Source: an uncultured Desulfobulbaceae bacterium (GTDB lineage: Bacteria; Desulfobacterota; Desulfobulbia; Desulfobulbales; Desulfocapsaceae). Taken from it: a stretch of 64,000 nucleotides of DNA. How positions within the stretch are numbered: the first letter of the stretch is position 1; each line of letters begins with the position of its first letter. The notes under the pieces were generated by a model. The model did not search any database, had not been told where the DNA came from, and saw nothing but the letters and a program-made list of their open reading frames with translations. Positions 49,561 through 59,102 of the stretch are shown piece by piece. A program made the translations under genes and the position numbers. The stretch is taken from positions 2,648 to 66,647 of the forward strand of contig CAMZKN010000065.1 of NCBI GenBank assembly GCA_947311315.1, read 5' to 3'.

Positions 49561-50257
49561 ATGTCAACGTTGCTGGACGGTTACCGAAAATAGCTGTCCC
49601 TATTCGTACTATTGTGGCTCCTTCCTCAATGGCGATATGGAAATCACTGGACATTCCCATGGAAAGTTCCGGGTTATCTATATTGGGAAAAAGTCCTTTT
49701 GCTTTCATTTTTAGACAGAGTGTATTGAGTTTAGAAAAATTTGGTCTTGAAAGTTCAGGGTCATTTACAAAAGGTGGAATGGTCATGAGTCCACACACTC
49801 GAATATTATTTAGCTCGTTTAACTGAATAAGCAAATCTTCAGTCTCATCTTCATTAATTCCTGACTTGGCGGGATCGTTCCCAATATTTACCTGGATGAG
49901 GATGTCCAGTGTTTTGTTGATCCTGGCAAGATGTTTATTAAGCGTCTTGCCGAGTTTGATCCTGTCGACTGTTTCGACCATGTTGCATGTCTCGGCAGCA
50001 ATTTTTGCCTTATTGGTCTGCAAATGGCCGATAAAATGAATAACTGCTTTGCTTGGAATTCTCTCTTTTTTATTTTGAACTTCCTGGATGTAGTTTTCAC
50101 CAAAAAAGAGTTGGCCAGCTGAATATGCTTCGAGAATTGCACTGGCTGGAAAACGTTTTGAAACGGCAACCAGTTTGATATCAGAAGGGTTTCTGCCTGC
50201 ACGCTGTGCTGCCACGGTTATACTGGTTTGTAATTTTTGAATATTTTCAGCAATCAT
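49559..50257 (-). CDS. yggS: PLP homeostasis protein (YggS family)
   Basis: LVAVSK, FGENYIQE, HFIGHLQTNK, GLMTIPP, LSMGMSSDF. Confidence 0.96.
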   Translation of the reverse strand: MIAENIQKLQTSITVAAQRAGRNPSDIKLVAVSKRFPASAILEAYSAGQLFFGENYIQEVQNKKERIPSKAVIHFIGHLQTNKAKIAAETCNMVETVDRIKLGKTLNKHLARINKTLDILIQVNIGNDPAKSGINEDETEDLLIQLNELNNIRVCGLMTIPPFVNDPELSRPNFSKLNTLCLKMKAKGLFPNIDNPELSMGMSSDFHIAIEEGATIVRIGTAIFGNRPATLT

Positions 50258-50282
50258 AGTTTTTAAAAGATTAAAGGATTTT

Positions 50283-50344
50283 TAACGCGGTAAACCGTAA
50301 GTAAGTACCTTGGATGTATATATCTATTTCTCTGGCTAAATACT
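50283..50344 (+). repeat. Degenerate partial copy (left half) of the dispersed repeat
   Basis: TAACGCGG..GTAAGTAAGTACCTTGGATGTATATATCTATTTCTCTGGCTAAATAC aligns with the left halves of copies A and C. Confidence 0.65.
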
Positions 50345-50357
50345 CCATTTAATTTAG

Positions 50358-51200
50358 TTATTTTTTGTTACAGTTTTTACAAAGTAAGGTACTGAAAAGG
50401 TTTTCGGCGTTAGTTGTAGTCTGCCTGGCTATCTGCTCAATGCTGACACCTTGAATTTGTGCAATTTTATCTGCAATATAAGGGATGTAAGCCGGTTCAT
50501 TTCGTTTTCCTCTAAACGGATGGGGTGACAGAAATGGCCCGTCGGTTTCCAGAACAAGAGACGTGAGTGGCACTTTTTTGACGACATCGTGAAGTATTGC
50601 AGCGTTTTTGAAAGTGACTACTCCTGGGATTGATATCAAAAGTCCCAGATCCATAATTTTACGTGCGAAATCATAATCTCCTGAAAAACAGTGGAGAATT
50701 CCACCATTTGTGAAGGGCTTGGCCTCTCGCAGAATTTTGAGGGTGTCGTCGTCTGCTTGTCGATTGTGTATGATTATTGGCAATTCCAACTCATGGGCCA
50801 AGCTCAACTGTTTTGTGAAATGCTTTCTTTGGGTTCCTGGATCAGAATAATTCTTGAAATAGTCCAAACCTATTTCACCAAATCCTGCAATGTGATCAGA
50901 ATATAGAGAAAATAGTTTTATTAACGAAGCGTATGTGCTGTCATTAACATTGTCTATATCGTGAGGATGGATGCCAATCGTGGCGAAAATATGCTTTTGT
51001 GCACGGGCAATTTCTATTGCTGCCTTTGAACTCTTCAGATCAATACCGATGGAAATAATTTTACGGACATTATTTTTATTGGCATTGAATAGTACTTGGT
51101 CGAAGTCTTCGGCAAAAGCTGACATATCCAAATGACAGTGCGTATCTACGAAATAATAGTCTTTGGAGATAGTTGGTGGTGGCTGGTGTTTTTTTGTCAC
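50358..51200 (-). CDS. tatD: TatD family hydrolase
   Basis: DTHCHLD, GIHPH, GEIGLDY, IIHNR, LHCFSG, LETDGPFL. Confidence 0.96.
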   Translation of the reverse strand: MTKKHQPPPTISKDYYFVDTHCHLDMSAFAEDFDQVLFNANKNNVRKIISIGIDLKSSKAAIEIARAQKHIFATIGIHPHDIDNVNDSTYASLIKLFSLYSDHIAGFGEIGLDYFKNYSDPGTQRKHFTKQLSLAHELELPIIIHNRQADDDTLKILREAKPFTNGGILHCFSGDYDFARKIMDLGLLISIPGVVTFKNAAILHDVVKKVPLTSLVLETDGPFLSPHPFRGKRNEPAYIPYIADKIAQIQGVSIEQIARQTTTNAENLFSTLLCKNCNKK

Positions 51201-51658
51201 GAGTTGCTCATGGTAGAGGGCTAAAAATACATTTTTAATAGAGCAATAAACACTATAATTACCAGAAAAGAAGCATTTTTTTTCTAGCGAGCTTTAATTC
51301 TGTTCTTTTTGATCGGGGATTATGTAGAGTAGCTGCAGGCACATTACTTGGCAGAAACCCCAATTGATAAATATAAAATATGTCTTCTTTTCGGCTGAAA
51401 ACTATCGTATATTGGTAAGAGTTACATTTTGTTGCACTTTTTTCATTTTTAGGGCAGTATATGGTTTGCTCGTTTTTAACGAGAGGAATACAGGTGGTGA
51501 TTCAGGATATTGTTTTGCTTTATCTGGTTTGATATTCTTTAATACCAGTATGATACGTAGTGGCTTGTTTTTGGTGTTATGTTAACAAGCTGAAAAAAAT
51601 ATAGAAGTATGCTAATGAGCTGGTACCAGCAACCAACATTTACAATGAGGTTTGTGGC

Positions 51659-52057
51659 ATGAATTATGGGATTGTCAGTCAAGAACAACTCGAGAAAATA
51701 GATGAGATTTTGTCGGATAAGTTAATAAAACTCGGAGTTGATTGCGTCATTATTATTGACATGGCTGGAAATATTATTACTGCCAAAGATAATGGTGAAA
51801 GTAAATACGATGTCTATTCTTTTGCTGCACTGGCTGCCGGAAATTTTGCAACGGTTGATGCTATGGCGAAACTGGTTGGTGAGCAGGAGTTTTCGCTGTT
51901 GTTCCACAAAGGGCAGGAATCAAACATCCATTTTAGTAAAATTGATGACGAACTACTGTTGATTTCAATGTTCGGTAGAGATATTTCTTTGGGTTTTCTA
52001 AGACTTAATGTCGTGGATGTTATAGAAAAAATTAGAAATGTCTGGGGTAGTAAGTAG
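51659..52057 (+). CDS. mglB: Roadblock/LC7 protein, MglB-like GAP
   Basis: IIIDMAGNII, SFAALAAGNFA, LVGEQEFSLLFHKG; directly upstream of mglA. Confidence 0.88.
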   Translation: MNYGIVSQEQLEKIDEILSDKLIKLGVDCVIIIDMAGNIITAKDNGESKYDVYSFAALAAGNFATVDAMAKLVGEQEFSLLFHKGQESNIHFSKIDDELLLISMFGRDISLGFLRLNVVDVIEKIRNVWGSK

Positions 52058-52147
52058 GAGCAGTGGATATCTTTTGCTTTGAAAGTTCAGAGTGAGGAAT
52101 TTATGGTAGAGCTGTTTCAGTAAAGAATACCTATTTGGAGTGGAACG

Positions 52148-52753
52148 TTGAGTTTTATCAACTTAAAAGACAAGGTAGTTCAGGTTAAAATAGTATATTA
52201 TGGGCCTGGGCGATGTGGGAAGACCACAAATCTCGAGTATATCAATCGGACATACAGAAAACAGATTGTTTCGGAGATGGTTAGTCTTAAAACCCATGGA
52301 GATCGAACACTGTTTTTTGATTTTTTGCCTTTCGATATGGGTCAAATTAAAGGTTATGATATTAAGATCCAACTCTATACCGTACCCGGTCAAGTAAAAT
52401 ATAATGCTACGAGAAAACTCGTATTAAGAGGTGTTGACGGGATTGTTTTTGTTGCCGATGCCATGGAAAAGCAAAGGGAAAAAAATATAAGATCATTAAA
52501 TCAGCTTCATGAAAATCTTCAATCGTATAAAGAATCTATTTTCAAGATACCTTTAGTGATGCAGTACAATAAAGTTGATTTGAAGGAACACGGTATTCCT
52601 ATTCTTCCGATTTCGGTTCTGCAAAAAGATTTGAACAGCCGTCTGAAAGTTCCATATTACGAAGCAAGTGCAATTACTGGATATAATGTTGCGGCAACAT
52701 TGAAGAAAATTATTTCTTCGTCGGTGATTTCAATTCAGAAAAAATTACTCTAG
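52148..52753 (+). CDS. mglA: MglA-like small Ras-superfamily GTPase
   Basis: KIVYYGPGRCGKTTNL, RTLFFDFLP, YTVPGQV.YNATRKLVLRGVDG, NKVD. Confidence 0.95.
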   Translation: MSFINLKDKVVQVKIVYYGPGRCGKTTNLEYINRTYRKQIVSEMVSLKTHGDRTLFFDFLPFDMGQIKGYDIKIQLYTVPGQVKYNATRKLVLRGVDGIVFVADAMEKQREKNIRSLNQLHENLQSYKESIFKIPLVMQYNKVDLKEHGIPILPISVLQKDLNSRLKVPYYEASAITGYNVAATLKKIISSSVISIQKKLL

Positions 52754-52761
52754 AGAGATCT

Positions 52762-55746
52762 GTGGTGAAACAGTCTACTGAAAACCAATATGATGATGAT
52801 TTAACAGTCGGAACTGATAGTTATGACGATTCTTACTATACGGATGAAGTTGATCTCTTTGAGTTCTCAACCAGTGATGAATCTCCTATCAGCAGGCTGA
52901 AGAGCCTCATACTATCAATTGACTGGGAAATCACCGATGAGGTGCTTCAACAGTTTAATGAAGAGTTAATTGATTTAAAAGTAATATGGGCAGGAGAAAA
53001 AATTAATCTTGTCTATGTACAGGCTCTTGAAAAAATAAGCAAATATATCTACCAGTTTAAGGCAGATTCACATCCCAATTCCATCAAGTTGTTGCTTACT
53101 TTGTACTATAATCTGGAAAAGATTGTTTCTTCTGATGATTTGGCTGAGTCCGACAAGAAAAAATTATTACTGGCTGATGTTAAGAAATTTGAAAAGCTGA
53201 AACGTCATATATCATTACAAAAAGAGGAAGTCGTTTCTCAGGCGGCAGTGAAACCTGATTTAAAAATTGAAAAACCTGTCGACAGTAACGAGAAGTTGCT
53301 CAACTTGAAGGCAATAGTTTTAGGAATTGACTGGGAAATTACTGATCAAGATTTGAATGATTTGCGCCAGGAGGTTATAAATCTTGAGGAAAAATTTTCT
53401 GATAGTCGGCCAAAGCTTATCTTTTTGCAAGGGATTGGAACTCTAGGTGCATATATAAAATTAAAAAAGAGCAATGCTCATGCCGATGCCTTTAAAGTTT
53501 TACACCTCTTTTTTGAGAGCCTGGAGAAAATAGTTACTACGCCAATGAGTCTTGAGGAAGAAAAGGCTATTCTTTTTCCAGCAGTAGAAAAGTTTAACGC
53601 ATTTAAATCGTTGCTTGGATCGACAATTTCACAGGAAGCTGTGAAGCAAGTAGAAATAGAGGAAGAGGCAGAAGTAGTATCTGAACCTCCTGTTACTGCA
53701 TCGGCAGCAATTGCGCCTGCATTTGCTGGTATATCTGAAGATGAAACTCATGGGTTTCAGGCAGATGAAGAAGCGGAAGCGCTTGGTTCTGAAAATGTTG
53801 GTAATGTATCTTCTCATATTAATGACTTTTTTGGAGAATCTTCTGACTCCACTGTGGAGAGCCAGACTGAGGGTGCGGAAGAAAGTGTAGAGAAATCTGA
53901 AGAAGTTGAAGACGCCAATTTTGTCTCAAAACTTGAAGAGAGCTTCAGTGACAATATCGAATCGGTTGGAGCGGTAGATAAACAAACCGCACTGCAGGGA
54001 GTTGATGTTGAAACTGATGATGATATTGAAGATGATCTCGAGCAGAAGGATCGTTTATCTACAGGTGTTGCTGCCATATTTGATGAGCAGCCTACTGACG
54101 AGCAGGAACCTGCTTTGATGGATGTTGCAGGGGAAGAGGTCGAAAACCTAGAGGTGGTTTCGAACCAATTAGAAGAGCAGGAAGTTGCACATGAAGGCGT
54201 GGAGTCAGAATCAGTTCTGCAGGGGGTTGATGTAGAGTCTGATGCTGATGATGAATCAGGAGAACTTGCTTTACCAACTATTGATGGAGAGGTCGCTCCG
54301 GCACTTGTTGACAATGAGGAAGAGAGCATTTTCAGTGCTGATGAATTGGAAAACATCCCCCTGGAACCGTCAATTGAGGATGAAATATTTGGTAAACTTG
54401 ATGGTTTTTTTGGGGGAGATGAAGCGTCCCCATCTGACATTTCTCCTTCAGCAGACGGTCTTTCTGAAATTCCAGAGCCATCGACATCAAATGAACCCGC
54501 ACCTTTATTAACTGAAACAGAAGTGGAGAGTGATGAGGCTCTCGAGGAAGATTTTGATCTTGAAGAGTCTTTTAGTGCATTGTTTGATGATACTGACACT
54601 GAGGAGAGTATAGAAAGCGGTTCCGAGGTTGAGGCACTTTTTGATAGTTTTGATGATGATGAAGAAGATAAAAAGAGTGAGATTCCTGAGGAAGTAGAGG
54701 CTGAAGAAATTGATGCCCATGGAGATGATTTCTTTTCTCTCGAGGAAAGTGTTGAAACACCGGAAGATGATGCGTTGCTTTTTTCTTTACAAGAGGTTGC
54801 TGGTGTTGAATCTGTTGAATCTGAAGCAAAGTCAGAAAGAGAAAGTGACTTGGATAATATTGATTCATCTACTGTTGACGAAGAGGTTGAACTTGAGTTT
54901 GTTGAACAAGACGAGTTCGAGGATTTTGATGAAGAAATTTTACTTTTAGATGAATCTCCTGATCCAGATTTTGTCGAAGAAGTTGAGGACGAAGATGTCG
55001 TTTTTGAACTGGTTGATGAAGTTGAAGCTGAATCCCTACCAGACGTAGATGGATCACCGGAAGAAGTTATTGAAAGTGCTGAGCAGGGACAAATCATCGC
55101 GGAAACTGAGCATCATGAAGAACTGTCTGCTACCCTGAAAACTGACTCCTTGCAGGTATGTATTCAGTCGCTTGAACTCGATCTTAATGACGAAATACTT
55201 GTGGCCTTGTTAAAAGAGATTGATGGTTTACGTCAAAATTGTGAGGAGCAGCCTCAAAAGAAATTGCTTCTTCAGCTTCTTGCAATAGTTGCTCAACATA
55301 TTGATCAATATCGGTATGAAGCGAGTGCTGAAGCGTATGGGCTGCTGCAGTCTGTAAACAATGCCTTTCTTGGATTGAATGAAGAAAATGTGCAGGAAAA
55401 TGAGGCCGTTGTTGCAGATGAAACAATGAAGATATTGCAATGGCAACAAGAGATGCTTGCCAGGCAAGCTGTTCGACAGGGCGAAAATTTACTGTTCGCT
55501 GATCCTCTTCGAACTGACACAGGCCTGATGAGTGACGAAGACTTTGATATTTCACAATCCTCTGGCGAACAAGTATCATCTTGTGATGATTTAGAGGATG
55601 TTGAGAGTAGCAGAGAAGATATCGAAGAAGAGATGGAGGCAGTTGATTTTACTGATGGCATCAGAAGCGAAATATCTAATTTAAGGCAGACACTGCAAAA
55701 AGAAATTGCTGAATTGAGAAAAGAGATAAGAGATGATCTGACTTAG
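52762..55746 (+). CDS. Large acidic protein with repeated helical (SIDWEIT) domains, long D/E-rich linker and C-terminal coiled coil
   Basis: 994-aa ORF, GTG start 8 bp after mglA. Two clear repeats (LKSLILSIDWEITD / LKAIVLGIDWEITD) and a third diverged copy near the C-terminus. Confidence 0.85.
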   Translation: MVKQSTENQYDDDLTVGTDSYDDSYYTDEVDLFEFSTSDESPISRLKSLILSIDWEITDEVLQQFNEELIDLKVIWAGEKINLVYVQALEKISKYIYQFKADSHPNSIKLLLTLYYNLEKIVSSDDLAESDKKKLLLADVKKFEKLKRHISLQKEEVVSQAAVKPDLKIEKPVDSNEKLLNLKAIVLGIDWEITDQDLNDLRQEVINLEEKFSDSRPKLIFLQGIGTLGAYIKLKKSNAHADAFKVLHLFFESLEKIVTTPMSLEEEKAILFPAVEKFNAFKSLLGSTISQEAVKQVEIEEEAEVVSEPPVTASAAIAPAFAGISEDETHGFQADEEAEALGSENVGNVSSHINDFFGESSDSTVESQTEGAEESVEKSEEVEDANFVSKLEESFSDNIESVGAVDKQTALQGVDVETDDDIEDDLEQKDRLSTGVAAIFDEQPTDEQEPALMDVAGEEVENLEVVSNQLEEQEVAHEGVESESVLQGVDVESDADDESGELALPTIDGEVAPALVDNEEESIFSADELENIPLEPSIEDEIFGKLDGFFGGDEASPSDISPSADGLSEIPEPSTSNEPAPLLTETEVESDEALEEDFDLEESFSALFDDTDTEESIESGSEVEALFDSFDDDEEDKKSEIPEEVEAEEIDAHGDDFFSLEESVETPEDDALLFSLQEVAGVESVESEAKSERESDLDNIDSSTVDEEVELEFVEQDEFEDFDEEILLLDESPDPDFVEEVEDEDVVFELVDEVEAESLPDVDGSPEEVIESAEQGQIIAETEHHEELSATLKTDSLQVCIQSLELDLNDEILVALLKEIDGLRQNCEEQPQKKLLLQLLAIVAQHIDQYRYEASAEAYGLLQSVNNAFLGLNEENVQENEAVVADETMKILQWQQEMLARQAVRQGENLLFADPLRTDTGLMSDEDFDISQSSGEQVSSCDDLEDVESSREDIEEEMEAVDFTDGIRSEISNLRQTLQKEIAELRKEIRDDLT

Positions 55747-55773
55747 CGAAAAACAGATATCATCAGCATTTTT

Positions 55774-55809
55774 AAGGCCATCCTCCTTTTGTGAGGTTGG
55801 CCTTTTTTT
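55774..55809 (+). terminator. Intrinsic terminator after the acidic protein gene
   Basis: AAGGCCATCCTC..GAGGTTGGCCTT followed by a T run. Confidence 0.7.
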
Positions 55810-55823
55810 GGTGCTTTTATACG

Positions 55824-56809
55824 CTAACGATTCCAGGCAATGAGAGTTAAAATAGAATAGAGAAAAAGCAATCCTCCACCTAAAAAGAGCCAGCGCCGTG
55901 AATGTTTGTATCCGGGTTGTGAAAAGAAGAGAGTAATAATGAAAAGAAGTGGTGTAATTACACCTGCAATGAATGGGTGGATGTAACGAAGTAGCTCCTG
56001 GAGCCCAAGAAAAAACCATGGGCCGGATATATAAGAGGTTCCAGCATGGTCTGGTTCGAGTGGTGCGGGAATAAACATTGAGAAGAGTAGAACACCTGCT
56101 AAGACCAACTGGTAGTCATTTAACTTTACACGATAAAGGCGAATGTGACTGAGGGCCGTAATGAGTAGAAGAAGATCGAGTCCGATTACATGGTGGAGGT
56201 ATATTTTTCTGAGTCCGGTACTTGATATTGAAAAAAAGAGTTCATTGAGAAAAGAGCCGGCAAAGGGGATTGTCTGGATAATATTTTCGGCTATCATTCC
56301 GGCAGCAGCACCGGTACTATCGCCTCGAAGAACATATCCTGTAAAGAGGAGCAGTACAATTATCGGCAGGTTTGTTGTTAATTGGATCCATGTGAAAATA
56401 TCATATCGCTCCGACTTGCTGTATACAGCAATCATGTGAATACAGCAAAGTAGAAAAAAGAACTGGCTCGAAAAAAAATGGAGTGATCTGAAGTATTCAC
56501 CGTAAGGTACCAGAATGTCAATGGATGTTGTCGAATAAAAGGGGGTGGCATAATCGTACTGCAGGCCGATTATAACTCCGGAAACAAGAGAAATATAGAG
56601 ACAAATGAGCGCACAGGCTCCCCATTTATAGTCTTTCCATGAGAATAGTTGGGCTAGGAGCTTGTCCGAGAATGCCAATTTGTCCAAACTCTTCGTTATT
56701 ATCATAAAAATATGCTCGTAATATCAACTATATGACTGTGCGTATTTTTCTGAAAAACCTCGATTTTAACCAAAATGTCTATTCTCGGACAAGCTCCTAG
56801 AGTCTTCAT
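55824..56809 (-). CDS. Compact cytochrome b (b6 + subunit IV-like) with a MITE inserted after codon 4
   Basis: RSLH, IHM, LFTGYVL, LHH heme ligands, GPWFFLGLQELL (PEWY-equivalent). Native start inferred at 56809 (MKTL); the current ORF starts at 56705 inside the MITE. Confidence 0.85.
56658..56796. mobile_element. 139-bp MITE (non-autonomous IS derivative) with 16-bp perfect TIRs and CTAG target duplication
   Basis: CTAG|GAGCTTGTCCGAGAAT ... ATTCTCGGACAAGCTC|CTAG. Removing it restores an in-frame MKTLAQLFSWKDY. Confidence 0.9.
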
Positions 56810-56833
56810 ATAATTATACGGCCTGGCATGTTA

Positions 56834-57247
56834 TTAAATGGTGACTGTGTAAAATGGGTCGTGGTCACGTTTTTCAACCTCGTAAAAAGGTAGAGGTTTG
56901 TTGGCTGGACCGTGTATTACCTTTCCACTTTCGGCCAGGAACTGGCTCTGGTGACAGGGACATTCGAGTATATCTTTGTCTTCATGGTACGTAAGTTTGC
57001 AGCCCAAGTGGGTGCATTTGCGGGATAATGCCCAACACTTCTGGTTTCGATCAAACAAAATAAAGTCGGGAGTCGTGATAAAGCCTGTGGCGGGTGCCGC
57101 TTTACTGATAGTTATAATTCGTGGTTGCCTGGGGACGTTGAAACCGATAAACCGGTAGAGTGGATATAGAAATGTTAACGTGCCAAGAAGGAGACAATAT
57201 GTTCTTCGAGTTATGCCTTCTTTTTTTTTGTGCGAAATTGCAACCAT
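56834..57247 (-). CDS. Rieske [2Fe-2S] protein
   Basis: ITRR twin-arginine-like motif + TM; CTHLGC and CPCHQSQF boxes. ATG 57247 lies 1 nt after the coaD stop. Confidence 0.92.
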   Translation of the reverse strand: MVAISHKKKEGITRRTYCLLLGTLTFLYPLYRFIGFNVPRQPRIITISKAAPATGFITTPDFILFDRNQKCWALSRKCTHLGCKLTYHEDKDILECPCHQSQFLAESGKVIHGPANKPLPFYEVEKRDHDPFYTVTI

Positions 57248-57248
57248 T

Positions 57249-57755
57249 TTATGGTCTTGAGAATTTTTCAATCAACATTTCATTGACATGATACGGTACC
57301 AGGTCGCCAACATCACCACCATTTCTGGCTGCATCTTTGATTATTGATGAGCTGATAAATATCCACCTGAAACCAGGCATAAGAAACACGGAATCAACTT
57401 CTCTTTTGAGCTTTCGGTTCATCAGAGCCAGCTGGAATTCATAGTCAAAATCAGATACCGCACGAATTCCACGAACAATTGCCTTTGCTTTTTGCTGATA
57501 GGCAAATTCAACCGTCAGTCCCGAAACACCCTTTACTTCAATACGGCTGCGGCCCAGGAAAGAATCTTCAATCATTTTGATTCGCTCTTTAAGAGTGAAA
57601 ACAGGATCTTTTGAAGAGTTCACCGCAACGGCCACAATAACCTTGTCGAAGAGGTTTAGTGCCCTGTCGATAATGTCAACGTGACCCATGGTGATGGGAT
57701 CAAAAGTTCCAGGGTAGATGGCAATAGATGGTTCAGTGACTATGTTTTCGTTCAT
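57249..57755 (-). CDS. coaD: Pantetheine-phosphate adenylyltransferase
   Basis: YPGTFDPITMGH, RGIRAVSDFDYE, ISSSIIK. Confidence 0.97.
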   Translation of the reverse strand: MNENIVTEPSIAIYPGTFDPITMGHVDIIDRALNLFDKVIVAVAVNSSKDPVFTLKERIKMIEDSFLGRSRIEVKGVSGLTVEFAYQQKAKAIVRGIRAVSDFDYEFQLALMNRKLKREVDSVFLMPGFRWIFISSSIIKDAARNGGDVGDLVPYHVNEMLIEKFSRP

Positions 57756-57799
57756 TTGACTTGCAATCCTCTGTATAAGATTGAGGGATGAATTGTTAG

Positions 57800-58414
57800 T
57801 TATTTACTCTTCATGGGAATATCAGTCATATTTTCAGCTCTTTTCTGATATATCCAGAAAGCGGTTTCACCGTATAATCGTTTGTCCGTAAGGATAAGAT
57901 GTGGAAATTCAGATGGTAAATCCACGTTATATCTCTCTTCGACTATTAGTAGGCCATTATGCGTCAGAAGGCTACTTTTGTTTAGTGCTTTGAGTGTGGC
58001 GCTGGAAATATTTTTGGAATAGGGCGGGTCTGTGAAGATGAGATCAAATCCTTGAGGGTATTCTTTGCAGAGTCTTTTAAGTGGAGCCCCCTTAATTAGA
58101 TCCTGTTTAATGATTCTAAAATCGCTTTTTCCTGAAAAACCTTTAAGACAGATTACTATGTTTTTTTGAATAAGTTTGATTGCCAAATGATTGTTGTCTA
58201 CAAAAACGACACAATTGGCGTTTCTGCTGAATGATTCAAGGCCAAGAGCCCCTGTTCCGGCAAACAGGTCAAGAACGTTTGCGCCAGCTACGCGTTTACC
58301 AAGAATATTAAAGAGGGCTTCCCTGGCTCTGTCGGAGGTCGGGCGAATGGACTTTTCCTGTGCTGGTGGTGGGGCGAGTTTTCTGCCTCTGGCTAATCCG
58401 CTTATAATTCTCAA
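57800..58414 (-). CDS. rsmD: 16S rRNA m2G966 methyltransferase
   Basis: MRIISG..RGRKL, RPTSDRAREALFNIL, LDLFAGTGALGLE, DPPY. Confidence 0.95.
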   Translation of the reverse strand: MRIISGLARGRKLAPPPAQEKSIRPTSDRAREALFNILGKRVAGANVLDLFAGTGALGLESFSRNANCVVFVDNNHLAIKLIQKNIVICLKGFSGKSDFRIIKQDLIKGAPLKRLCKEYPQGFDLIFTDPPYSKNISSATLKALNKSSLLTHNGLLIVEERYNVDLPSEFPHLILTDKRLYGETAFWIYQKRAENMTDIPMKSK

Positions 58415-58433
58415 AACAGTTTACTGTGGTTTC

Positions 58434-59078
58434 TCATTCAAGATAGCCAATTGTTGTCTCACCAGCGCTTACTTTTTGACCTTGCTCAACAATAAGGCTG
58501 GTCTCTGGTGGCAGAAAAAGGTCAACCCTTGAACCGAATCTTATCAGCCCAAATCGACGACCTTTCACTGCTTTATCCCCTGGTTCATGCCAGCATATAA
58601 TTCTACGGGCAATAAGGCCGGCAATTTGGACATAAGCGAGTTTTTTGCCATTGTCTGTTGTGAGAACTGTTGCACAGTATTCGTTTTTCAGTTCGGCTTT
58701 TTCGCTGTCAGCGGAGTAGAACTTACCAGGAGTATAAATGATTTTTTCTACAGTGCCGCTGAAAGGTACTCTGTTTACGTGAACATTAAAAACATTCATA
58801 AAGATGGAAACTTTCAGAGCCTCACCACCGGTAAAACGATCATCGGTTACATTTTCGATAAGAATTACTTTTCCGTCTGCCGGAGAGACAACTGCGTTTT
58901 CGTTCTGTGGTATAAATCTCTCAGGATCTCTAAAAAAGCAGAGTATAAAAGTTGTACAGATAAAAGCGATTCCAGTTAAAACCAGTTGTCCGAGAAGGGT
59001 GAAAATCAGAGTGATGAAAGCGGCGTATATGATAAATGGATATCCCTCTTTTGCGACAGGGATTTGTGGCTTGAGCAT
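58434..59078 (-). CDS. psd: Phosphatidylserine decarboxylase proenzyme (short type)
   Basis: FFRDPER, SPADGKV, IFMNVFNVHVNRVP, QIAGLIARRI, FGSRVD cleavage motif. Confidence 0.95.
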   Translation of the reverse strand: MLKPQIPVAKEGYPFIIYAAFITLIFTLLGQLVLTGIAFICTTFILCFFRDPERFIPQNENAVVSPADGKVILIENVTDDRFTGGEALKVSIFMNVFNVHVNRVPFSGTVEKIIYTPGKFYSADSEKAELKNEYCATVLTTDNGKKLAYVQIAGLIARRIICWHEPGDKAVKGRRFGLIRFGSRVDLFLPPETSLIVEQGQKVSAGETTIGYLE

Positions 59079-59102
59079 TGGTTTGATTTCCCAGGTGTTG
59101 TC

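Noticed and set aside
47302-51658. Structural RNA genes (tRNA, 6S, SRP, tmRNA) in the longer intergenic gaps
   Set aside because: No tRNA cloverleaf, T-loop consensus or other recognisable ncRNA signature found by eye in 47302-47705, 48912-49262 or 51201-51658.
53814-55097. 427-aa Ser-rich ORF on the minus strand
   Set aside because: Antisense shadow of the D/E-rich part of the 994-aa gene (GAA/GAT codons read as Ser/Phe/Ile on the other strand); no independent features.
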